This document shows, in pieces, positions 30,421-37,619 of a stretch of DNA of 64,000 nucleotides. Where the stretch lies: positions 2,195 to 66,194 of the forward strand of contig JBFWLP010000003.1 of assembly GCA_050252075.1 (NCBI GenBank), in the 5' to 3' direction. A program made the position numbers and the translations under genes. Numbering within the stretch: the stretch's first letter is position 1; each line of letters opens with the position of its first letter. The notes under the pieces are model-generated. The model was given only the letters and a program-made list of their open reading frames with translations. It was not told the DNA's origin and ran no database searches. This stretch comes from Burkholderiaceae bacterium (GTDB lineage Bacteria > Pseudomonadota > Gammaproteobacteria > Burkholderiales > Burkholderiaceae_B).

Positions 30421-30740
30421 GCCTGGGTGCCAGGGCCTGCCTGGTCGGAAGCGGCCAGAAGTTCCTGGTGTTTCCGGCCGCCCTCAAGCGAGTACAGCCA
30501 TGCCAGCAGTTCGGCCACCGCCACATACAACTGCGGTGGAATATGGGCGTCAAGGTTCACCTGCATCAGCAGCCCCACCAGTTCGGGCGATTCATGCACG
30601 TACAGGCCGTGTTCCTTGGCGGTACGAATAATGTTGTCGGCCACGGTGCCATAGCCCTTGGCCACCACGCGCGGCGCCGCATCGGTTTTATCGTAGGCAA
30701 TGGCAACGGCGCTGGCCCGGCCGTCGTCGCGGGGTCTCAT
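30417..30740 (-). CDS. Stand-alone FlhB C-terminal (CC subdomain)-like protein, EscU/YscU/FlhB family
   Basis: 107 aa. Aligns by eye with the post-NPTH part of the FlhB in this window: AVAIAYDKTDAAPRVVAKGYG...IPPQLYVAVAELLAWLYSL against YAVALSYQEGQGGAPRVIAKGSG...IPTALYTAVAEVLAWVFQL. It has no TM region and no NPTH motif. Confidence 0.8.
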   Translation of the reverse strand: MRPRDDGRASAVAIAYDKTDAAPRVVAKGYGTVADNIIRTAKEHGLYVHESPELVGLLMQVNLDAHIPPQLYVAVAELLAWLYSLEGGRKHQELLAASDQAGPGTQA

Positions 30741-32350
30741 AGCGGCCCCCTGGCGCCCGTACCGCCGGCAGCGTCGTATTTGTCCCAGTAATCGTCATCG
30801 ATCAGATCGGCCAGCGGCGACGCCGCCGGGCCTTCCGCACGGGCGGCCGGTTCGGGCGCCGTGTCGTGGCGGCTGACGGAAAGCTGGCTGAGCACCAGCC
30901 CCTGCGCGCTGTAACGGCTGCGCAAGGCGTCGAGCTGTTGCGCCAGCATCGGCGCCGAATCGGGCGCAACCAGCCGCATGACCACCTGTTGATCCGTCAG
31001 TGTAATGCGCGCCTGAACCTGCCCCAGCTCGGGCAGATCAACGGTGAGGGTGGTTGCCCAATGGGCCGGGTGCTCGTCGCCGTTCATGTCTTGCCAGGCT
31101 TCCCGCCGCTCGATCTGCCATTCGGTGGGGGCATCGGGCCACACTTCGCCACGCCAGGCGACCTGCTGGTTCGCCAGCACGTCGAGCTGCTGGCGAACCA
31201 GCAGATGGGTTTTGGGATCCATGGCATTCAGACCCGACGCCAATGTGCCCGCGCCTGCGCCGGCAGCGGTGGCGGCGGATGCAGCCGCCGGTGGAGCGCC
31301 CGCCGGTGCCCCCGGACTGGCGGCCTGAACCGGGGCGCCGGGCATTGGTCCGGCCGATGCCGTGTTCGGAGCACCCTGGCGCAAGGCCGGCGAGGCAGTT
31401 TGCGCGGCCAGCTGGGCTTGCGGTTCTTGCCGAAGCTGCGATGGGGCCATTTTGCCGAATGCCAGCTGGGCCAGGTGCGCTTCGTAAAACATGCCGCTGT
31501 TCTGAATGGCTGCCGAGAGCGCCTGCGCCAGTTGCCCGGCAACCTGCCCTGCTACTTGGCCCGAAAGGGCTGCCGCTGCCGTTGTACCCGCCGCGGCGCC
31601 GGTCGCCGAGGCGGCTGACCCGGGCGCGGACGTTGACAAGGCCGGCGCCCCGCCGGCAGCACCCGAAGGAGAGCCGACCGCCTGGCCCGACGGCCCGGCC
31701 GATGCGCCGGCGCTGCCCGACGCACCCGGTGTTCCGGAAGGTGACGTCTGTGCGTTCGATGACCCCGGTGCGGATCCAGATTGCGGGGTGCCGCCCGCCG
31801 ATGGCGGCGTGGCACCTGTGGGTGCCGCCGGGCTGCCGGATGCCGACGATGACCCACCCGCCCCGGGCGAGGCGGCTTGCCCGGCAGAGGGTTGGCTTTG
31901 CCGGCCTTCGCCCTGGGCTTGCCCCTGCGGGCCGAACGGAAACAACGGGCGTCGGTGGTGGGTTAAGGGCGGCGATTCGGGATAACCGGCCAGCAGCGCC
32001 AGTATGGTTTGTGCGGCAAACCCCAGGCGGGTAGGGGCCGAGGCCGTGGCCGCCGTGCTGGGCGCGTTGCGTGCCTGCAATAGTTCGGCGGTTTTGGGAT
32101 CGAGCCGGCTGCGATCAATGGTTTGCCGGTTCGACTGTTCGGTATGGCTGCGGGCACGATCAACGGCTTCACGCGGGTCGCGCTGGGTGTCGTTGGGCAG
32201 GGCGTCGGTGCGTGCCGCCGTGCCGGGCTGGCTGACCGCGTCGGGCCGGGCGCCCGTAACCAGATTCGATTGCTGGGAAAGCGTGGTTCCCAGCATGGCA
32301 TCGAGACGCTGCACCAGCAGGGTGCCGAGGGCCGACGGGCCGGAGCTCAT
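30737..32350 (-). CDS. FliK-like (hook-length-control-like) protein, second paralog
   Basis: 537 aa with a very low-complexity Ala/Gly/Ser/Pro centre. The C-terminal block (LTVDLPELGQVQARITLTDQQVVMRLVAPDSAPMLAQQLDALRSRYSAQGLVLSQLSVS) resembles the FliK C-domain. Start overlaps the fliT stop, and its own stop overlaps the next gene's start. Confidence 0.65.
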   Translation of the reverse strand: MSSGPSALGTLLVQRLDAMLGTTLSQQSNLVTGARPDAVSQPGTAARTDALPNDTQRDPREAVDRARSHTEQSNRQTIDRSRLDPKTAELLQARNAPSTAATASAPTRLGFAAQTILALLAGYPESPPLTHHRRPLFPFGPQGQAQGEGRQSQPSAGQAASPGAGGSSSASGSPAAPTGATPPSAGGTPQSGSAPGSSNAQTSPSGTPGASGSAGASAGPSGQAVGSPSGAAGGAPALSTSAPGSAASATGAAAGTTAAAALSGQVAGQVAGQLAQALSAAIQNSGMFYEAHLAQLAFGKMAPSQLRQEPQAQLAAQTASPALRQGAPNTASAGPMPGAPVQAASPGAPAGAPPAAASAATAAGAGAGTLASGLNAMDPKTHLLVRQQLDVLANQQVAWRGEVWPDAPTEWQIERREAWQDMNGDEHPAHWATTLTVDLPELGQVQARITLTDQQVVMRLVAPDSAPMLAQQLDALRSRYSAQGLVLSQLSVSRHDTAPEPAARAEGPAASPLADLIDDDYWDKYDAAGGTGARGPL

Positions 32351-32721
32351 GGGTTAAATACAGGCGCCGAATAGGTTTGCAGTACGGCTTGTTGTCGTTT
32401 CAGGGTGCCCAGCAGGTGGCTAAGGCGCTCCAGCTCGGGGGTGACCAGGTGCCGGATGCAGGCATCGTTGTCGAGTATGCGGATAAGAATGTCGCGCCGG
32501 GCGTTGCGGTCGTCGGTGGACAGTTCGGGAAACTCCTGGAGCCGGGCGACTTCGGTGTTATAGGCCTGACCGAGTTCGATGACTTTATCCCAGTGTTTTG
32601 CCTGCGCCTCGGTCAGCATGCGCCCGGAAATGCGTTCAATAACCTGGTACTGCTGGAGCAGGCGGGTGGCCGATTGCAAGGGAGCGCCTGGTGGGGGAGT
32701 AGACATAAGGTAAGAAAGCAT
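32347..32721 (-). CDS. fliT: Flagellar chaperone FliT
   Basis: About 124 aa, helical (KHWDKVIELGQAYNTEV...ILIRILDNDACIRHLVTPELERLSHLLG). Sits after fliS. Start is uncertain (ATG at 32721 or 32706); the 185-aa track ORF would overlap fliS. Confidence 0.7.
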   Translation of the reverse strand: MLSYLMSTPPPGAPLQSATRLLQQYQVIERISGRMLTEAQAKHWDKVIELGQAYNTEVARLQEFPELSTDDRNARRDILIRILDNDACIRHLVTPELERLSHLLGTLKRQQAVLQTYSAPVFNP

Positions 32722-32761
32722 AAATACCCAGCGATGAAAAGAGTGATTCGTTGCTGCCCGA

Positions 32762-33232
32762 TTAACCTGCCGCTGCCAGCTCGGTGTGTGCCGATGCCGC
32801 CGGGCCGGGCTTGCCGGCCGCCGCAGGTTCGGTGACTTCCTTCCAGGCCGAGGCAATTTCCGTAAGGATGCGCTCGGCGGTGTCGAGACGCGACATGTCG
32901 CCATGCAGGTTCGCCTGAAGAAGGTTATAAATGATCAGGTCGTAACTGGTAATCAGGCTTTTGGCTACCTGGCCACCCGCTTCTTCGTTCACCGCAGCTT
33001 TCAGGCCCGAACCCACGATATCGATGGCTTTGGATATGGTTTGCCCCCGGCCGGGGATATCGCCGTTTTCCATGTGCAGCCGTGCTTTCATGATGGCGGC
33101 GCGGGCGCCGTTGAACAGCAGGGTGATCAGGCGTTCCGGGCTGGCCGACAGCACTTCCGTTTCCAGCCCCACATTGGCGTAAGACTGTGCCGATTTTTGG
33201 CGACCGGCGCCGCGTGGCATGGTGTAGGTCAT
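32762..33232 (-). CDS. fliS: Flagellin chaperone FliS
   Basis: 156 aa. SPERLITLLFNGARAAIMKA... and YDLIIYNLLQANL motifs. ATG overlaps the fliD stop. Confidence 0.9.
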   Translation of the reverse strand: MTYTMPRGAGRQKSAQSYANVGLETEVLSASPERLITLLFNGARAAIMKARLHMENGDIPGRGQTISKAIDIVGSGLKAAVNEEAGGQVAKSLITSYDLIIYNLLQANLHGDMSRLDTAERILTEIASAWKEVTEPAAAGKPGPAASAHTELAAAG

Positions 33233-34638
33233 TTCTGTTGTCCCCCAAGCTGGCTGAGCGCCGACAGTTGCTGCGTTAGGTAGGTGCTGGTGGAATTCAT
33301 TTGGGCGATCAGTTTGTCGAGCTGAATGAACTGGTTGCGATAGACTTCCATTTTGGTGTCGATACGTTCGGAAGCCGCGTCGTATTGCTGGTTCAGCACT
33401 TTCAGGTTGCTGTTGATGCTTTTGGTGGCACTGCTGAGCAGGCCGTCGGTTTTGACGTAAACGTCGGTGGCCGTGGTAATCCGCCCGCTAAGGGCGGTGC
33501 CGCCCGACAGCAGGTTTTTTACGTCGACCAGGTTGTCTTTCAGCGCTTCGGTAAGCGCATCGTTGTCAACCTTCAGGGTGCCGGTGGTGGGGTCGGTGGT
33601 GATGCCCATTTGCGACAGGTTGCGCACGGTACCCGTGCTGCCCGATACATTAATGGCTTCACGCACCTGGCTTTGAATGCGGCGTGCCAGGGAGTCGCCC
33701 GTGAGCGCACTGCCCCGTTGTGTATCGGTGTTGTACGAGGTGAGCGATTTGATCGAGTTTTGCAGCTTGTTGTAGGCCGAAACGAACGCGTTGACGGCAT
33801 CTTTGGCCACGGTATCGTCGCGCTGGATGGACAGGCTTTCGGGTGCCGTGTTTTCTTTGGTCAGGTTGAGCGTAACGCCTTCAATGGCATCGGTGAGAGT
33901 GTTGGTTTGACTGGTGACATCGATGCCGTTGATGGTAAGCGTGGCGTTCTTTGCGGCGGTTTCGCTGAGCGCACTGGCGGGATCGCCCTGAGTAAAGCCC
34001 AAGGCGTCGTTCAGTGCGGTGACATCGGTGCCGGCGTCGACCCCGGCGACAGTAATGGATTTGACCGCCGCCTGTTCGCCCATGCCTTCGGCATTGAGCA
34101 ACAGATAGTGCGGGTTCGCGGGATCGCCGTTGTTCACCAGCGTAGCCTGAACGCCCACGCCCGACGTATTGTTGATGGCCTGGGTGATGCCTTCGAGCGA
34201 GGTGTCGTCGGCGGCTACACTAATGGTTGTGGTGGTGCCGTCGACCAGTTCAACATTAACGGTAACATCGCCCGAGGCCAGGGCCGTATCGCGGCTGGCC
34301 TGCCCGGTGGCGCTTTTGAGCGTTTGCGCGCTGGCCAGCTGGGTTACCTGAATTTGATAGTTGCCGGCGATGGCACTGCTGGAGGCCGTGGCGGAAAACG
34401 CCTCGCTGCCTGTGGTTGCTTTCAGGGCGCCAAACGTTTCGGCTTTTTCCAGGGTGGCGGCCGCGGTTTTCAGCCCTTCCAGCGCGCTTTTAATGGTTCC
34501 GTAGGCCGACAACCGGCTTTTTTCGGCACTGAGGCGGTTGCTGATAAGGTTGAGCGACTGGCTTTCACTGGTTCGCAGATTGGACAGCAATTGATCCAGT
34601 GGAAGACCTGAACCAACGCCGATGGATGAAATGGCCAT
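33229..34638 (-). CDS. fliD: Filament cap protein FliD
   Basis: 469 aa. N-terminus ISSIGVGSGLPLDQLLSNLRTSE and C-terminus YRNQFIQLDKLIAQMNSTSTYLTQQL. Confidence 0.95.
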   Translation of the reverse strand: MAISSIGVGSGLPLDQLLSNLRTSESQSLNLISNRLSAEKSRLSAYGTIKSALEGLKTAAATLEKAETFGALKATTGSEAFSATASSSAIAGNYQIQVTQLASAQTLKSATGQASRDTALASGDVTVNVELVDGTTTTISVAADDTSLEGITQAINNTSGVGVQATLVNNGDPANPHYLLLNAEGMGEQAAVKSITVAGVDAGTDVTALNDALGFTQGDPASALSETAAKNATLTINGIDVTSQTNTLTDAIEGVTLNLTKENTAPESLSIQRDDTVAKDAVNAFVSAYNKLQNSIKSLTSYNTDTQRGSALTGDSLARRIQSQVREAINVSGSTGTVRNLSQMGITTDPTTGTLKVDNDALTEALKDNLVDVKNLLSGGTALSGRITTATDVYVKTDGLLSSATKSINSNLKVLNQQYDAASERIDTKMEVYRNQFIQLDKLIAQMNSTSTYLTQQLSALSQLGGQQK

Positions 34639-34674
34639 GAAATACTCCCGATGCGGGTATTGTGCTACTTTTGG

Positions 34675-34692
34675 CCGGGCATCAATGCCCGG
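34675..34692 (-). other. Perfect 7-bp stem-loop between flaG and fliD
   Basis: CCGGGCA-TCAA-TGCCCGG with no U-tract on the minus strand. Possible RNA processing or stability element rather than a terminator. Confidence 0.4.
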
Positions 34693-34756
34693 TTAAACCA
34701 CGAAAACGACTGGTACTTTGGGCATTTACCGCCCGCGAAGAACCGCGCCGCACTGC

Positions 34757-35155
34757 CTAAACGCGCGTGTCGACCCCGCCGCCCTGCATTTGAACGATAG
34801 CCCGCGCCACCTTCAGCACGGCTTCCGAAGGCACCTTGCGAATGACCTCGCCGCTTTCGGCATCGATGATGGAGACGACCAGCCGTTGGGCTTCGTCGTC
34901 CATTTCAAAGCGCATACCCGTGCGCCACGAACGTAACGATTCGTTCACTTTTTCCAGGGCGTCGGCAACCGATTGCTGCGGGTCGCGGGCAAAATCGGAC
35001 TGCTGCTGTTGCTGTTGCGAGTTTTCTGCACTTTTGGCCGATGCGGCGCCCGTAACGTGCACGGCCGGATCCGGCTGCACGCTGGGGTACTGAACGGCCG
35101 TCGGAGCAACACCTGATACAGCGGGGGCGACTCCGGAGGCGATTGGGCTGACCAT
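34757..35155 (-). CDS. flaG: FlaG-family flagellar protein
   Basis: 132 aa. C-terminus LRFEMDDEAQRLVVSIIDAESGEVIRKVPSEAVL is typical of FlaG. First gene after a sigma-28 promoter. Confidence 0.85.
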   Translation of the reverse strand: MVSPIASGVAPAVSGVAPTAVQYPSVQPDPAVHVTGAASAKSAENSQQQQQQSDFARDPQQSVADALEKVNESLRSWRTGMRFEMDDEAQRLVVSIIDAESGEVIRKVPSEAVLKVARAIVQMQGGGVDTRV

Positions 35156-35207
35156 GATGGACTCCTTGGTATTCGAATAACCTGAAACACGTACGCTTCT
35201 ACACGCG

Positions 35208-35234
35208 TTAACGGCAGTCGTTCACGAAACTTTA
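35208..35234 (-). promoter_or_regulatory. Sigma-28 promoter for the flaG-fliDST operon
   Basis: Minus strand reads TAAAGTTT-N11-GCCGTTAA. The -10 element ends 53 nt upstream of the flaG ATG. Confidence 0.8.
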
Positions 35235-35250
35235 ATTTATTCAATTAAGT

Positions 35251-35280
35251 TTGAAAACCCGTGCTTTTCATTTGTATGGT
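35251..35280 (+). promoter_or_regulatory. Candidate sigma-70-type promoter for fliA
   Basis: TTGAAA-N18-TATGGT, about 80 nt upstream of the fliA ATG. Pattern match only. Confidence 0.3.
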
Positions 35281-35361
35281 GCATGCTACGAAATGAAACA
35301 ATAGGCCTGCAGTCATCCAATGGTACAGTTTGGCGTTTTGCGTTCTACATACACATAATTC

Positions 35362-36126
35362 ATGGCAAGTTCCGAAGACATTCTGGTTGGGCAGTATGCG
35401 CCGCTGGTGCGCCGTTTGGCGTTGCAGCTGGTTTCGCGCTTGCCCCCCAGCGTGGAACTGGATGATCTGATTCAGGCCGGCCTGATGGGTTTGCTGGATG
35501 CCGTTCGGCGCTATCAGGAAATGCCCGAAGCCCAGTTTGAAACGTATGCGTCCACCCGCATACGCGGCGCCATGCTCGACGAACTGCGCAGCCAGGACTG
35601 GCTGCCACGCAGCGCCCGCAGCAAAAGCCGCACCATTGAGCACACCATACAGAAACTTACCCACGAACAGCTGCGGCCGCCGACCGAATCTGAAATTGCC
35701 GGTGCGCTGGGCGTGCCCCTGCCCGACTACCACGCCATGCTCGACGACGCGCGCGGCGTACAAATCGTCCATTACGAGGATCTGGCCCGCAATATCGACG
35801 AGGGGGCGGCGCATCCGCTGGATTTCGGCAGTGACCAGGCCCCGCTGAGCACCCCGTGGGACAACCCGCTAACCGTGCTGGAATCGGCCGGCTTGCGGCA
35901 TGCCCTGGTGGCCGCCATCGGGGCACTGCCCGAACGCGAGCAACTGGTGCTGTCACTGCAATTCGAGCAAGACCTGAACCAGAAAGAAATCGCCGCCGTC
36001 ATGGGCATTACCGAAGGCCGGGTGTCGCAGCTGCGATCCCAGGCCGTGGCCCGGCTGCGTGCCTCGCTGGCCGCAGGGGCATGGGATGAAAGCCCGGGCG
36101 ATGACTTGTTGTCGGGTTTGTTGTAG
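35362..36126 (+). CDS. fliA: Flagellar sigma factor FliA (sigma-28)
   Basis: 254 aa. Region 2 (DDLIQAGLMGLLDAVRRYQ) and region 4 HTH (LNQKEIAAVMGITEGRVSQLRSQAV). Confidence 0.95.
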   Translation: MASSEDILVGQYAPLVRRLALQLVSRLPPSVELDDLIQAGLMGLLDAVRRYQEMPEAQFETYASTRIRGAMLDELRSQDWLPRSARSKSRTIEHTIQKLTHEQLRPPTESEIAGALGVPLPDYHAMLDDARGVQIVHYEDLARNIDEGAAHPLDFGSDQAPLSTPWDNPLTVLESAGLRHALVAAIGALPEREQLVLSLQFEQDLNQKEIAAVMGITEGRVSQLRSQAVARLRASLAAGAWDESPGDDLLSGLL

Positions 36127-36224
36127 CAAACGGATTGTCCCGTTTACGGCCGTTATTCCCGCCTTTACACCGGCATTTCCCTTGGTATTCTGGCTTTCTT
36201 AGAAGACTGCTCAAGGTGGCGTGA

Positions 36225-37544
36225 ATGCGGGTAACTATTTTTGGAATCGGTTATGTGGGCCTGGCGCAGGCCGCCGTACTGGCCCAGGTGGGTCACGATG
36301 TGGTGTGCGTGGATGTTGATGCCGACAAGGTCGACGCCCTGAACCAGGGGAAAATTCCCATTTACGAACCCGGCCTTACCGCCCTGGTGCGTGACAACGC
36401 GGCGGCAGGGCGGTTGGTCTTCACCACCGATGCCGATGCCGGTGTAAAACACGCCGAAGTGCAGTTCATTGCGGTGGGCACCCCCCCCGACGAGGACGGT
36501 TCGGCCGATCTGCGCCATGTGCTTGCCGTTGCGGAAACCATTGGCCGCCACATGAACGGCCATCGTGTGGTCATAGACAAATCCACCGTGCCGGTAGGCA
36601 CGGCCGAAAAAGTGGCCGACCGCCTGCGCGCCGTGCTGGCCGGGCGACAGGCCTCGCACCTGACCTTCGACGTGGTGTCCAACCCGGAGTTCCTGAAAGA
36701 GGGTTCCGCCGTGGGCGACTGCATGCGCCCCGACCGTATTATTGTGGGCACCGACAGCAGCCACGCCGAAGACGTAATGCGCGAGCTTTATGCCCCGTTC
36801 AACCGCAATCACGAAAAAATGATTGTCATGGATGTACGCAGCGCCGAGCTGACCAAATACGCCGCCAACGGTATGCTGGCAACAAAAATCAGCTTCATGA
36901 ATGAAATAGCCAACGTGGCCGAGCGCCTGGGCGCCGACATTGAACTGGTGCGCCAGGGCATTGGTTCGGACCCCCGTATCGGCTACGACTTTATTTATGC
37001 CGGCGCCGGCTACGGCGGGTCGTGCTTTCCCAAAGATATTAAAGCCCTGATCAAGACCGCACACGATTGCGGGGTTGAGGCCTGGATACTGAAAGCGGTT
37101 GAACAACGCAATGCCGAGCAGAAAACCGTGCTGTTCCAGAAAATAGCCCGGCATTTCGGCGACCTGGCCGGCAAAGTGATTGCGGTGTGGGGGCTAAGCT
37201 TCAAGCCCAATACCAATGACATGCGGGACGCACCCAGCCGTGTGCTGATGGAAGCCCTGTGGAGCGCGGGCGCCGTGGTGCAGGCCTACGACCCCGAAGC
37301 CATGGAAGAAGCCCAGCGGCTGTATGCCGCACGCGACGAACTGGTGCTGTGCGGCACCAAAGAGGCGGCTCTGCGCGGCGCGGATGCCCTGGCCATCGTG
37401 ACCGACTGGCAGGTATTCAAGGCGCCCGACTTCGACTATATAAAAGAAAAACTGAAAACCCCTGTGGTGTTCGACGGCCGGAATTTATATGATCCCGCCC
37501 GCATGCAGCGCAGGGGGTTCACGTATTATTCGATTGGGCGCTGA
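36225..37544 (+). CDS. ugd: UDP-glucose 6-dehydrogenase
   Basis: 439 aa. Rossmann motif [16 protein letters not shown], catalytic-Cys block YGGSCFPKD, and [15 protein letters not shown]. Confidence 0.9.
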   Translation: MRVTIFGIGYVGLAQAAVLAQVGHDVVCVDVDADKVDALNQGKIPIYEPGLTALVRDNAAAGRLVFTTDADAGVKHAEVQFIAVGTPPDEDGSADLRHVLAVAETIGRHMNGHRVVIDKSTVPVGTAEKVADRLRAVLAGRQASHLTFDVVSNPEFLKEGSAVGDCMRPDRIIVGTDSSHAEDVMRELYAPFNRNHEKMIVMDVRSAELTKYAANGMLATKISFMNEIANVAERLGADIELVRQGIGSDPRIGYDFIYAGAGYGGSCFPKDIKALIKTAHDCGVEAWILKAVEQRNAEQKTVLFQKIARHFGDLAGKVIAVWGLSFKPNTNDMRDAPSRVLMEALWSAGAVVQAYDPEAMEEAQRLYAARDELVLCGTKEAALRGADALAIVTDWQVFKAPDFDYIKEKLKTPVVFDGRNLYDPARMQRRGFTYYSIGR

Positions 37545-37619
37545 GTCGATTAAAAGTGGCGCCCGGCTGTTGTAAAGGGTTTGCCAGAGTGGGCGATAGT
37601 TTCGCAGTGCTTTTTATCG

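Noticed and set aside
33301-34611. 436-aa ORF antisense to fliD
   Set aside because: It mirrors the fliD frame. It has a Gly/Val/Arg-rich artefactual composition and no start context.
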